A DNA stretch of 64,000 nt from Myxococcales bacterium (GCA_012522445.1 JAAYKL010000053.1:1960-65959); one strand, 5' to 3'. Shown: positions 45,746-55,704, counted from the first letter of the stretch. Made by a program: numbers and translations. The notes: generated by a model from the letters alone, not told the origin.

Positions 45746-47155
45746 TCAGGGCAGCAATTCGTGTTGTTGTATCAGGCGAAGCAACTGCAAGGCCATGTCG
45801 TGATGCGTGTGCGGTGCGGGATGCCAGTCCTCGCCAAAGGGCGGGGTTTGGGGAGGCAACACCAGCAGGTAAATGTTTTCGTCTCCCGCAACGAGGCGCT
45901 GCTGCCGGATCTCTGCCACATCGGCTTGGATGGCGGTCCAAGCGTTGAGCCCCGGTGGATAGGCGTCGGACATCATGGGCCCCACCGCCAGCACAAACGG
46001 CGTTTGGGGATAGTTTTCGCGCAGGGTGGTCAAAAACGCGGTGTACGCCTGTACGAATTCGCGGCGCAACGCCCCGAAGGTTTCGGGGGTGAGGCCCTCG
46101 GAATAGTCGTTGGTGCCCAGGTTCACGACGAGCAAATCCGGCGCGAAAGACGCGCTGTCAAAGCGCGGAGAGCTGGGTTCGTCTGGGAGTGTTCGGGCGT
46201 AAATGTTGGGGAAGGTAGCGCTGGAATCTCCGCCATAATTGCGTGCCACGCCCCGGCCGGAGTAGGCCACCGCCATGTAATCGGCATCCAGGGCCCGTGC
46301 GGTCAATGCGCCCCACGCGGCCGCGGCGTTGGAATGCAGCGTGGTGTGGTGGGCGCGGGTGGGATCGGGCACGGCGCGTTCGTTGCCATAACCGCAGGTG
46401 ATGGAATCGCCGATGAACTCCAGGCGAACAGCACGCGGAGGCACCGGTAGCAGCGCGCCATCGGCCGAGATGTGCAACCCCAAAAAATGCACCTTGCCGT
46501 AGTTTTCGATCCCGCGGTAGCTGCTCTCGTTTCGCTTGACGATTTCGAGGGTGTGCGGCCCCGCAGACAAACCGCGCGCGAGAGAATAGCGCGTTTCGCC
46601 GGGGGTGACGCGCAGCAATGTCGGCGGCGCATCGTCGATGATCACGTCGAAGTAATGACCGCTCTGGGGCCCTTCGTCGGCCGTATCAACCCGCAGGAGA
46701 ACGTCGAGAGCGGCGCCCGTGAACACCGCGCGGATCGACACCGCGGGATACGCAAACGCCGGACCGGGCTGCGCCGTACAATCGACACGTCCCCAATAGC
46801 GGATGTGGGGATGCTGTGGCGCCACTGCGCGCAAGCCGTCGGGTGCGGGTTCGCCAAAAGCGCCGTCGGTAGCCGCGCCGTCGATTGTCTCGCCGCCGCT
46901 GGCTTCGTCGGTGTCAAAACGACACACACCGCCGCTCGAGACTGCGTCGTTTGCATCGCGCAAACGAGAGGTCGGGCGCCATTGCGGCAGGGCATCGCGG
47001 GGTGACAAAGCGTCGGTCTCAGCGGCATCTCCAACGATGACCGTGCGCACCACCGCCGCTTCGGATGGCGGGCGTTGGGTGCCTTGGGGATGACAGGATG
47101 CGCACGCCAACAGCAGGAGCGCGCCGAAAAAATACACCGTTGTTTGCCAATACAT
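45746..47155 (-). CDS. Lipoprotein SGNH/GDSL esterase, carbohydrate esterase family 2-like (N-terminal beta-sandwich + SGNH domain)
   Basis: Start at MYWQTTVYFFGALLLLACASC (ATG 47153-47155). Catalytic block RLEFIGDSITCGYGNE, NLGTNDY and C-terminal GEDWHP motif. Confidence 0.8.
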   Translation of the reverse strand: MYWQTTVYFFGALLLLACASCHPQGTQRPPSEAAVVRTVIVGDAAETDALSPRDALPQWRPTSRLRDANDAVSSGGVCRFDTDEASGGETIDGAATDGAFGEPAPDGLRAVAPQHPHIRYWGRVDCTAQPGPAFAYPAVSIRAVFTGAALDVLLRVDTADEGPQSGHYFDVIIDDAPPTLLRVTPGETRYSLARGLSAGPHTLEIVKRNESSYRGIENYGKVHFLGLHISADGALLPVPPRAVRLEFIGDSITCGYGNERAVPDPTRAHHTTLHSNAAAAWGALTARALDADYMAVAYSGRGVARNYGGDSSATFPNIYARTLPDEPSSPRFDSASFAPDLLVVNLGTNDYSEGLTPETFGALRREFVQAYTAFLTTLRENYPQTPFVLAVGPMMSDAYPPGLNAWTAIQADVAEIRQQRLVAGDENIYLLVLPPQTPPFGEDWHPAPHTHHDMALQLLRLIQQHELLP

Positions 47156-47157
47156 TT

Positions 47158-47529
47158 TCAATCCAAGTAGGCCATCGTGCGGATGATGGCGCGAATGCGG
47201 TTGCGCGTTTCGGGATCGGGATCGATGAAGCGCAATCCCATGCCGGATTCGGAGGTGGCACTGCCGGGGTCGATCCAGATCACTTCGGCGGCCACACACA
47301 CCGGAACGCCGCCCGGGGAGTCAAAACGCAACTCGATGACCGTCCCCGCAGACAATGGGTTGGCGGTCACCAAGAAAATGCCCATCTCGGACAAATTGCT
47401 CGAACGGGAGAACAAGTAGGTGTCGTCGTGGGAGTAATTGACATTGAGTTGGATGGCGTGGCGAATTTCTCTACGGCGCTCCGCACCGCGCAAATCTTCT
47501 CCAAACAGCTTGGTTTTTTCTCGTGTCAT
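47158..47529 (-). CDS. PilZ domain c-di-GMP-binding protein
   Basis: RRREIR (RxxxR) and NLSEMG (D/NxSxxG) motifs at the proper spacing. 123 aa. The stop lies 2 nt before the esterase start. Confidence 0.8.
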   Translation of the reverse strand: MTREKTKLFGEDLRGAERRREIRHAIQLNVNYSHDDTYLFSRSSNLSEMGIFLVTANPLSAGTVIELRFDSPGGVPVCVAAEVIWIDPGSATSESGMGLRFIDPDPETRNRIRAIIRTMAYLD

Positions 47530-47720
47530 GTCGCTCTTTTCTGCGGATGTAGGCTCCGCGCATTGTAGCGCAGCGCTGCGGCAAAAGAAGATACTTTCTT
47601 GGGTGTTTCACTTCTCCGCGCCAAATGAACGGCTATGCTTGCTGCGGCAAACACCGCCAACACAGCGAGAAAAGCGATCCGATGCCGCGTGACCATTCTG
47701 CGCTTGCCGTCGATTTTCAT
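47526..47720 (-). CDS. Possible small single-TM protein (start at MKIDGKRR)
   Basis: Internal ATG of ORF 47526-47852. IAFLAVLAVFAAASIAV is a TM helix. The stop overlaps the PilZ start by 4 nt. No homology support. Confidence 0.25.
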   Translation of the reverse strand: MKIDGKRRMVTRHRIAFLAVLAVFAAASIAVHLARRSETPKKVSSFAAALRYNARSLHPQKRAT

Positions 47721-47857
47721 CGACAAGCCCCGGCGAATTGCATAAGAAGCCGCTTTCCGAACGGGCGCCAAACTGCGGGCGCCGCGTGAATATCCCGCAA
47801 GCCACATAACGCCAAAACGCGCTTGCACATCATAGTCAGCAAAGAAGGACACGAAAC

Positions 47858-49930
47858 ATGAGCATTAATAGAGTTAGAAACATCGGCATTGCAGCGCACA
47901 TCGACGCAGGCAAAACCACCTGCACCGAGCGCATTCTGTTTTATACAGGCACCACGCGCAAAATGGGAGAGACCCACGACGGCGCCGCCACCATGGACTT
48001 CATGAAGCAGGAACAAGAGCGCGGCATCACCATCGCCTCGGCGGCCATTTCGGCGCAGTGGAAAGACCACTCCATCAACATCATCGATACGCCGGGCCAC
48101 GTAGACTTCACCATTGAGGTCGAGCGATCCATGCGCGTCCTCGACAGCATCGTCGCGGTCTTTTGCGGCGTGGGCGGCGTCGAGGCGCAAAGCGAAACAG
48201 TCTGGGGGCAAGCCGACCGCTACAAAGTGCCGCGCTTTGCCTTCATCAACAAAATGGACCGGCAAGGCGCCGACTTCCCGGATGTCGTGCGCCAGCTCGA
48301 CGAGGTCCTCGAAGCCAACCCCGTGGCGTACCAACTGCCCATTGGCGCAGAAGAGAACCTCTCCGGCGTCATAGATCTGGTGACGATGAAGGCCATCCTC
48401 TTTCCGAATGGCAACGAGCAAATCGCCGACATCCCCGCCGACATGCTGGAGATGGCCCAGGAATACCACAACGCGCTGATCGAAAAGCTCGGTGAATTCG
48501 ACGACGAGATCGCCGAGTGCTACCTCGAGGAAAAAGAGCCGTCGATAGATGCCATCCGCCGTGCCACCCGCGACTGCGTAGTCCGCAACTTGTTGACCCC
48601 CTGCTTTTGCGGTTCGGCCTACCGCAACATCGGCGTGCAGCCCCTGCTCGACGCCATCGTGGAATACATGCCCAGCCCCCTCGACAAAGGCCCCGTGGTG
48701 GGCATCAACGAGGAGAACCCCGACAAACAGCACGTGCGCTATCCCGACAAAAACGAACCGTTTTGCGGCCTCGCGTTCAAAATCATCAACGATCCTTACG
48801 TGGGACAACAAACGTTTCTGCGCACCTACTCGGGCGTGCTCAAGGCCGGCGAACAGGTCTACAACGCCACCACCGGAAAGCGCGAACGCATCAGCCGCAT
48901 CTTGCGCATCAAGGCCAAGGACCGCATCGAGATCCCCGAAGTCGGCCCCGGCGACATCGTGGCGCTCATCGGCCTCAAGGACACCTTCACCGGACACACC
49001 CTGTGCACCCGCGAAAACCCGCTCCTGCTCGAATCGGTGGTCATCCCCGAGCCGGTCATCAGCGTCGCGGTCAACGTCGACAGCCGCAAAGAAGTCGAAA
49101 AAATGCACCAGGCCCTGCGCAAGCTCTCCCTCGAAGACCCATCGTTCACCGTGCGCACCGTCGAGCGGACCAACGAGACCATCATCGCGGGCATGGGCGA
49201 GCTGCACCTCGAAGTCATTGTCGATCGCCTGAAGACCGAATTCGGATTGCAGGCCACGGTGGGCAAGCCAACGGTCGAATACAAGGAGACCATCACGCAG
49301 GAATTTCGCCACTCCGTACGCCACGTCAAACAAACCGGCGGCAAGGGTCAATACGCGCACGTCATCATGCGCCTGGAGCCCAACCCGGGCCAAGGCTTTG
49401 AGTTTGTCAACGCCGTGGTGGGCGGCACCATCCCCGCCGAGTACATCCCGGCGTGCCGCAAGGGTGTCGAGGACATGCTCGAAACGGGCGTGCTGGCCGA
49501 CTACAATGTCGTGGACGTCAAGGTCACCCTCATCGAGGGCTCTTTCCACGCCGTGGACTCTTCGGAGATGGCCTTCCGCATCTGCTCGCGCCAGTGCTTT
49601 AAAGAGGCCTTCCTCAAGGCCCGCCCGCAGCTCCTCGAGCCCATCATGAAGGTCGACATCGCCACCCCCGACGATTACATCGGCGACCTGGTGGGCGACC
49701 TCTCCCGGCGACGCGGCAAGGTGCACAACATGCGCCGCTACCGCAAGGGATCGCAAAAGATCGAAGCCGAAGCCCCCCTCATGGAGCTGTTCGGCTACGC
49801 CACGACCGTGCGCTCCCTCTCTTCGGGGCGGGCTAGCTACTCCATGGAGATGAACGACTTCCAACCCCTGCCCGAAGCCATGATGACCGCCGTACTCGAA
49901 GAGGCGCGCAAGCGCATGGCCGAAGACTGA
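47858..49930 (+). CDS. fusA: Elongation factor G (stand-alone copy, not in an rpsL-rpsG-fusA-tuf context)
   Basis: 690 aa. [38 protein letters not shown] and full five-domain length. Confidence 0.93.
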   Translation: MSINRVRNIGIAAHIDAGKTTCTERILFYTGTTRKMGETHDGAATMDFMKQEQERGITIASAAISAQWKDHSINIIDTPGHVDFTIEVERSMRVLDSIVAVFCGVGGVEAQSETVWGQADRYKVPRFAFINKMDRQGADFPDVVRQLDEVLEANPVAYQLPIGAEENLSGVIDLVTMKAILFPNGNEQIADIPADMLEMAQEYHNALIEKLGEFDDEIAECYLEEKEPSIDAIRRATRDCVVRNLLTPCFCGSAYRNIGVQPLLDAIVEYMPSPLDKGPVVGINEENPDKQHVRYPDKNEPFCGLAFKIINDPYVGQQTFLRTYSGVLKAGEQVYNATTGKRERISRILRIKAKDRIEIPEVGPGDIVALIGLKDTFTGHTLCTRENPLLLESVVIPEPVISVAVNVDSRKEVEKMHQALRKLSLEDPSFTVRTVERTNETIIAGMGELHLEVIVDRLKTEFGLQATVGKPTVEYKETITQEFRHSVRHVKQTGGKGQYAHVIMRLEPNPGQGFEFVNAVVGGTIPAEYIPACRKGVEDMLETGVLADYNVVDVKVTLIEGSFHAVDSSEMAFRICSRQCFKEAFLKARPQLLEPIMKVDIATPDDYIGDLVGDLSRRRGKVHNMRRYRKGSQKIEAEAPLMELFGYATTVRSLSSGRASYSMEMNDFQPLPEAMMTAVLEEARKRMAED

Positions 49931-49975
49931 GCTTCTATCTTCGATTTCGTTTGAGATGTCGCCCGGGGCTTCGGC

Positions 49976-51670
49976 TCAGTACGTGAAGCTCGACCCACCG
50001 ATGAATTCGCGCAACAGCGAGGTCTGCGGGATGTCGCCCGGCAAGATGGTGACGAACATGTTTAAAAACATGCGCAGCCGGTAGGCCTCGGCGTATGCGG
50101 GATCCGAACGCGGTACCTCCATCAGGTAGCGCTCGGCGAAGATCTTCAGCACGCAAAATTCATACAGCAACGACGTGTCAAAGATTACGTCGGCGGACTC
50201 CTGAAACGGAAAGATGTGGTTGGCTTCGCCGCGGCGCACCGAGGGCCACGAGTGAATGGTCTCGGCCGCCGAATAACCGCGGTAGTGGCGGTCGCGCACG
50301 AGGCGGCGGATGAGCCGGATGTCAGAGGTGTTGAGGCGGTTGTGCTCGTCGATGGCCAGGGGATTCATGGCGTTGATGTAGATGCGAAATTTTTCGGTGG
50401 GCGGGATGTCCGGGGTCAGCGCGTCGTTCAAACCGTGGATGCCCTCGATGATCAACACTTCGTTGGCGCCCAGCGAGATGGGAATCCACCGGTCCTTGGA
50501 CGCGCGGGTGCCGGAGGGGAAATCGTACACCGGGGTCAACACCTCCTTACCCGCCAAGATGTCGACCAGGTCGCGGTTGAGCAGCGGCAAGTCGATGGCC
50601 TCCAGGGCTTCGTAGTCCCGTTCGCCGTTTTGATCGAGCGGCGTGGCCACCCGGTTGACGTAGTAGTTGTCCAGCGAGAGCGACCGCGGGAAAATGCCGA
50701 GCACCTTGAGCTGAATGGACAGGCGCTTGGCGAAGGTGGTCTTGCCCGCCGAAGAGGGGCCGGCGATGAAGACCAGCCGACACCCGTTGCGCGCGGCAAT
50801 GCAGTCGGCAATTTGCGAGATCTTTTTTTCGTGGTGCCCCTCGGAAACCTTGATGACGTCGTGGACATCGCTGGTAACCGCCGCGGCATTGAGTTCGGAA
50901 ACGTGCGAGATGCCCAGCTTGCGGCTCCAGCCAATCGACTCTTTGTGCGTCTTGTACAAGTTGGGCTGCGCGCCGGCGTTCCACGTAACATCGGGTCCAG
51001 AGTGCTTGGGGAACTGCAGCACAAAGGCATCTTCTTCGAGGGCAAACAGGCGAAACCTCGAGAAGAACCCCGTGTGGGGCGCCACCGGGCTGGTGCACAG
51101 ATCGACGAAGTCGCCCAGCGAGACAATCGAGACATGCGAGCTCGACCAGCCGGTCAGCAGCCGACGCTTGGGGTCTTCGTCGGTGCGGGCGAAAATGCGC
51201 CGCGCCTCTTCGACGGGAATGCGCGAATACAAAAAGGGCACGCGCTGCGCCACCAACGCCTGCATGCCCTCGGAGAGCTTCGCCAAAAACGCATCGTCAA
51301 CCGCGATGCCGGACACCTTGAAAAAATATCCCTCGGAGATCGATTGGCCGATTTGAATGCGCGTACCGGGAAACAGGCGGTACAGCACTTCGTACATCAT
51401 CATGGTCACGTGACGCCGGTACAAGCGCACACCGTGGCGCGAGTCGACGTGCACCGGCACGATTTCTCCCGAGCGCACAATTTTGGCCTGCAACGAGACC
51501 ACGCGGTTGTTGACCGTGGCCGCGATGACCTGTGCGTCCTCGGAGTCGGGATAGCGCTCCATTAGCTCTTGGACGGTCATGCCGCGCTTCACGCTGAGGG
51601 TTTGGCCGCGATAGCGAATGTCTGCGGGCTCTTCGGCAATGCTGTATCTGTCAGTGGATTCGGAATTCAT
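49976..51670 (-). CDS. Uridine/nucleoside kinase-family protein with N-terminal TGS/ThrRS-like domains
   Basis: 564 aa. Central P-loop FIAGPSSAGKTTFAKRL and LSLDNYY motif of the PRK/uridine kinase family. The N-terminal ~270 aa form an extra region. Confidence 0.75.
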   Translation of the reverse strand: MNSESTDRYSIAEEPADIRYRGQTLSVKRGMTVQELMERYPDSEDAQVIAATVNNRVVSLQAKIVRSGEIVPVHVDSRHGVRLYRRHVTMMMYEVLYRLFPGTRIQIGQSISEGYFFKVSGIAVDDAFLAKLSEGMQALVAQRVPFLYSRIPVEEARRIFARTDEDPKRRLLTGWSSSHVSIVSLGDFVDLCTSPVAPHTGFFSRFRLFALEEDAFVLQFPKHSGPDVTWNAGAQPNLYKTHKESIGWSRKLGISHVSELNAAAVTSDVHDVIKVSEGHHEKKISQIADCIAARNGCRLVFIAGPSSAGKTTFAKRLSIQLKVLGIFPRSLSLDNYYVNRVATPLDQNGERDYEALEAIDLPLLNRDLVDILAGKEVLTPVYDFPSGTRASKDRWIPISLGANEVLIIEGIHGLNDALTPDIPPTEKFRIYINAMNPLAIDEHNRLNTSDIRLIRRLVRDRHYRGYSAAETIHSWPSVRRGEANHIFPFQESADVIFDTSLLYEFCVLKIFAERYLMEVPRSDPAYAEAYRLRMFLNMFVTILPGDIPQTSLLREFIGGSSFTY

Positions 51671-51789
51671 ATCGTTACGCCTTTCGCTTTGGCACCGTCG
51701 CCATAGGTTTCGTTACTCTACTTTTCTCTAAGGCTTCGGGCAAATTGTGGGGCAAGACGCGGGAAACATCCCGGGCAATGGGCGATGGG

Positions 51790-52506
51790 CTACGGTGAGG
51801 TCGGCAGCAGTCGTGTGAGCGAGAGGTGTTGCTTTGCCGCTGCGGCGAAGAGCGCGTCGGCGTCGGCGACATCGGAGATATCAACGGTGGGAAAGACGCC
51901 CAGCACCGGCACGTCACCCCAACGCGAAATGGCGTCGGCGTTGCCCAGGGGGATGTCACTCGTCCCGTTGAGCACCACCCCGGCGATGGGGATGCCGCGC
52001 TGGCGGGCCGCTTCGATGGTCAACAATGTGTCGTTGATGACGCCCAGTCGGTTGGGCGCCACGATGAGCAATTCAAAGCCCGTTTGCGCGATGAAGTCGC
52101 CGTACAGCAGCGCGTCGCTGAGGGGCACCAACAGACCGCCGGCGCCCTCGGCGAAATAGATCGCAGCGTCGTCCACCGCGTTTTGCACAAAGGCATGCAA
52201 GTGCGCCGCGTCGATGGTCTCGCCCTCCATGGCGGCGGCCAGGTGTGGCGACACCGGGGCCTCAAACGCATAACAGCACGCCTGCTGCCAGGGCTGATCG
52301 CACCGGGCAGCGCGCAACAGGGCCAGGGCATCCGAGGGACGCAACACACCGTTGATGCGCGGCACACCGCTCTCCACGGGCTTGGCCACCCCCACGGAGA
52401 AGCCCTGTAGAACCAAGGCGCGCACCAGCGCTCGCGTCACCGCGGTCTTGCCCACATCGGTGCCCGTGCCGGTCACAAAAAACCTGCGGGTCAGTTTACG
52501 AGTCAT
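51790..52506 (-). CDS. bioD: Dethiobiotin synthetase
   Basis: FFVTGTGTDVGKTAVT P-loop, ~238 aa. Overlaps the bioF stop by 4 nt. Confidence 0.85.
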   Translation of the reverse strand: MTRKLTRRFFVTGTGTDVGKTAVTRALVRALVLQGFSVGVAKPVESGVPRINGVLRPSDALALLRAARCDQPWQQACCYAFEAPVSPHLAAAMEGETIDAAHLHAFVQNAVDDAAIYFAEGAGGLLVPLSDALLYGDFIAQTGFELLIVAPNRLGVINDTLLTIEAARQRGIPIAGVVLNGTSDIPLGNADAISRWGDVPVLGVFPTVDISDVADADALFAAAAKQHLSLTRLLPTSP

Positions 52507-53726
52507 GGGGTGTCATCCTCTCGGGGTCGATTGGGGGCATCGCCCGATGGAGGCACGCATGCGGAGAGGGCGGACAAGAGGGCGTCGATGTGCGCGGTCT
52601 CGTGTGCCGCAGTGATGGTGATGCGCAGGCGAGACGTGCCCTCGGGGACCGTGGGCGGGCGCACCGCTTGCACGAAGATGCCGCGTTCCCAAAGGGCCTG
52701 GGAGACGCGCAACGCCGCCTGGGCCGATCCGATGACCAGCGGCTGAATGGGTGAGGTGGAGGGAATCAGGGGCAGCCCCAGGTTGGCGGCGCGCTCGCAA
52801 AAGACGGCGATGTTGGACTGCAGACGCTGGCGCAACGCATCGCCTTGCCGCACGATATCCCAGCCTCTCAGCAGGCCCGCACTCAAAAAAGCCGGCGCTG
52901 CGGTGGTGAACAAAAAGCTCCGCGCGCGAGAGCGAATGATCGCGACGGCCAACGAAGAGGTCGCCACCATGGCACCGCACAGCCCCCAGGCCTTGCCAAA
53001 CGTGCTCACGTGCACCGCCACGGACTTTGCGAGCGCCTCGCGATGCGCCAAGCCCCGCCCTTCCGGTCCCATGATGCCGACGCTGTGCGCCTCGTCGAGG
53101 TAGAGCTGCGCGCCGTGTTGCTCCGCCAATGCGCAGAGCGCGCCCAGGGGTGTTTCATCGCCGTCCATGCTGAACACCGCATCGGTGACGATGAGCCGGA
53201 CGCCGTCGCGCACGGTGTGGGTGGCGAGCAGCTCGGCCAGGTGCTGCAAATCATTGTGGCGAAAGATCACCACTTGCGCGCGGGACAAACGGCAGCCGTC
53301 GATGATGCTGGCGTGCACCCGCTCATCGGAGAAGATGATGTCGCCCGGCGCCGTGAGGGCCGAAATGGCGCCCACGTTGGCTTGGTAACCCGAGGGAAAC
53401 GACAGGGCGGCGGGATAGCCCATCCACTGGGCCCACGCGGCTTCGAACTGCGCATGCAGCTCGGTGTGTCCGCTGATCAAACGAGAGGCCCCGGTGCCAG
53501 CGCCGTACTGCTCCATGGCGCGACACATGGCCTCGGCGATTTGGGGGTGGTTGGCCAAGCCGAGGTAGTCGTTCGAGCAAAAGTGCAGGCGCTCCCCGTC
53601 GCGGGTCAAAAATGTTTCGGCGGTGGGCCCCAGGGAAACGCGCAGTTTGCGGTCGAGGTTTTGGGCCTCCAGCGCTTGGTATCGCCGGTCCCAAATGCCC
53701 CCCGATGGCGTGCGATCCGACGTCAA
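52503..53726 (-). CDS. bioF: 8-amino-7-oxononanoate synthase
   Basis: Alpha-oxoamine synthase family (FCSNDYLGLANHP, DEAHSVG, STFGKAWG PLP lysine). Adjacency to bioD supports BioF over other family members. Confidence 0.85.
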   Translation of the reverse strand: MTSDRTPSGGIWDRRYQALEAQNLDRKLRVSLGPTAETFLTRDGERLHFCSNDYLGLANHPQIAEAMCRAMEQYGAGTGASRLISGHTELHAQFEAAWAQWMGYPAALSFPSGYQANVGAISALTAPGDIIFSDERVHASIIDGCRLSRAQVVIFRHNDLQHLAELLATHTVRDGVRLIVTDAVFSMDGDETPLGALCALAEQHGAQLYLDEAHSVGIMGPEGRGLAHREALAKSVAVHVSTFGKAWGLCGAMVATSSLAVAIIRSRARSFLFTTAAPAFLSAGLLRGWDIVRQGDALRQRLQSNIAVFCERAANLGLPLIPSTSPIQPLVIGSAQAALRVSQALWERGIFVQAVRPPTVPEGTSRLRITITAAHETAHIDALLSALSACVPPSGDAPNRPREDDTP

Positions 53727-54850
53727 CGATTGGCCTCGTCTGAGATGCGCGCCACTTCCATCATTAAGCCCTGCATTGAGCGCTGCAGGAGATCGGTGGC
53801 GGGCACGTCTTGGGGCGAAAATTCAAATTGCCCGCGCCGCCAAGAAAAGAGCAGGCGCGCGAGCGAGAGCTGCGATGTGGCGGGCGCCATGCCGTCGACT
53901 TCAATGACCAGCGGGCGGCCGTCGCGCACAAACATGCGCCCCAACGCGTCGTCACCCAAAAAGGTGAGCACCCCGGTTTTGCGCTCGAGCTCTAAGAGCG
54001 TGAGCACCGTGGGCAGCGTTACGTGTTCCATGTCCCCGCGCAGGGCCTTGCTGTTTTTGGCCGTCTGGTGCCGCGTGCTGCGGACCAGCAAGCGCTCGAT
54101 GCGCGCGCGCAACTCCTGCGGCGCATAGGGCTTCGCGATGTAGTCGTCGACGCCGAGCTGGTAGCCCAGCAGACGATCTTTTTCGCTGTTCAGCGACGTT
54201 TGAAAGATGACCAGCGTTTGGGAGAGCGAGGAGCGGGCGCGCAGCGTGCGCAAGAAGTTCCAGCCGTCCATTTTGGGCATCTGGACATCGGTGAAGACAA
54301 TGTCGGGCGGGTGGCGCAGACAAAAGGCCAGCCCCTTCAACCCGTCTTCGGCGGTGGCGACATCGTGTCCCATCTCGCGAAAGATAGCGGCGGCGCGCTC
54401 GCGCTGCAGGGCGTCGTCATCGACCACCAGCACCTGTCGTTTTTGAAACGCCATCGGCGCCCGCTCAACGGATGCCGCCTCTTCCAATGTCAAACGAGCG
54501 ATGCACGCCTCGATGCGCTCCATTCCCGCGCGGGGCATATCGCGAAACACGACGGCCATGCCCGTGGGAATGTGCGGGGAGTCGCCTTGGTTGTGCACCC
54601 GGGCCACCTGGCCGATGCAGCTCACCTCGTCGTCCGTTCCCGGCAGCACGAGCTTCACCGCCACCATGGCGTTGAGGGGCAGCAAATGGCTCGTCTTGAT
54701 GTAAATGCCGCCCTTGGAAATGTTGTCGGTGTATGCGGTCACCAACTTGTCGAGGGTGTTGTACGTGACGCGAAACACCGCCTGCACGCGCCGGTCTTCT
54801 CGCCGGTTGGCATCACGCATCGCCGGGCCGTCTTTTGATGGTTTGTCCAT
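53723..54850 (-). CDS. PilZ - response-regulator receiver - DUF4388 three-domain protein
   Basis: PilZ motifs RREDRR and NISKGG. REC domain VLVVDDD...DIVFTDVQMPKMDGW. C-terminal LPTVLTLLELERKTGVLTF..DGRPL...LLFSWRRGQFEF matches the DUF4388 pattern. Confidence 0.8.
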   Translation of the reverse strand: MDKPSKDGPAMRDANRREDRRVQAVFRVTYNTLDKLVTAYTDNISKGGIYIKTSHLLPLNAMVAVKLVLPGTDDEVSCIGQVARVHNQGDSPHIPTGMAVVFRDMPRAGMERIEACIARLTLEEAASVERAPMAFQKRQVLVVDDDALQRERAAAIFREMGHDVATAEDGLKGLAFCLRHPPDIVFTDVQMPKMDGWNFLRTLRARSSLSQTLVIFQTSLNSEKDRLLGYQLGVDDYIAKPYAPQELRARIERLLVRSTRHQTAKNSKALRGDMEHVTLPTVLTLLELERKTGVLTFLGDDALGRMFVRDGRPLVIEVDGMAPATSQLSLARLLFSWRRGQFEFSPQDVPATDLLQRSMQGLMMEVARISDEANR

Positions 54851-54891
54851 AAATGCCGCCGTCTCTCACCGCCGCATCCACGGCGTCGCGA

Positions 54892-55704
54892 CTACATATT
54901 GTCACGAATGTAAGAAATTGCGTTGCGAAAAATGGCCAGACCGTCGCCCTCTTCGGGGCGCTCTTCGCGCGTCCAACGCGGGTGGTGGGTGCGGTGCAGG
55001 AAGCCTTCGGGGTGGGGCATCATGCCGAACAAACGGCCCGTGGCGTCGCACAGAGCCGCCATGCCCAACGCGCTGCCGTCGGGATTGTGCGGGTGCGTAT
55101 CGGCGACGTCGCCCGTGAGCGGGTGCGCGTACAGAAGGGGCGCCAGGTGCTGCTGTTGCAGTTGCGACAATACGTCTTCCGGAGCGATGAGACGCCCTGC
55201 GACGTGGCGCACGGGCAGCTCCAATTGATCGATGTCACGCGTGAAAACGCAGGGGCTCTCCGGATCGGCCTTGAGGGTCACCCAGCGGTCTTCGAAGCGC
55301 CCCGAGAGATTTGTGGCGAGCGCGACCTGTGGCGTGCCGAGCGGATCGCCCAGCGCCGGCAAGAGGCCCAGCTTCACCATGAGTTGAAAGCCGTTGCCGA
55401 TGCCGAGCATCAATCCACCGCGTGCCGCAAACGCCTGCAGTTGCTCGAAGAGCGATTGCCCGTTGACCTGCGTGTGTCGCAGCCGGATAGCCGTGGCATG
55501 CGCCGCGCCCAAATCGTCGCCGTCGAGAAAGCCGCCGGGCAGCACCAACAACTGCCCCGCATCCAGCGAGGCCTTTCCCGATGCCAAGTCCCACAAGAAG
55601 ACGGTTTGCACTTCATCGGCCCCGGCCAATTGACAGGCGTGGGCGGTTTCCATTTCACTGCTGATGCCGTTTCCGGTCAGCACAATGCAGCGAACGAGGG
55701 ACAT
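54892..55704 (-). CDS. purQ: Phosphoribosylformylglycinamidine synthase glutaminase subunit PurQ-like (nucleophile position reads Gly)
   Basis: Aligns with PurQ: PGGF..GD, LGIGNGFQLMVKLGLLP (canonical LGVCNGFQ..LGLLP), GMMPHPE. Overlaps the purL stop by 1 nt. Confidence 0.85.
   Translation of the reverse strand: MSLVRCIVLTGNGISSEMETAHACQLAGADEVQTVFLWDLASGKASLDAGQLLVLPGGFLDGDDLGAAHATAIRLRHTQVNGQSLFEQLQAFAARGGLMLGIGNGFQLMVKLGLLPALGDPLGTPQVALATNLSGRFEDRWVTLKADPESPCVFTRDIDQLELPVRHVAGRLIAPEDVLSQLQQQHLAPLLYAHPLTGDVADTHPHNPDGSALGMAALCDATGRLFGMMPHPEGFLHRTHHPRWTREERPEEGDGLAIFRNAISYIRDNM

Noticed and set aside
47717-49864. 715-aa minus-strand ORF opposite fusA
   Set aside because: It is a shadow ORF antisense to a full-length EF-G, with low-complexity Gly/Ala/Val/Asp/His composition and no motifs.
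51671-51789. Weak hairpin CGGG-AAACAT-CCCG downstream of bioD
   Set aside because: It has only a 4-bp stem and no U-tract, which is not enough to call a terminator.
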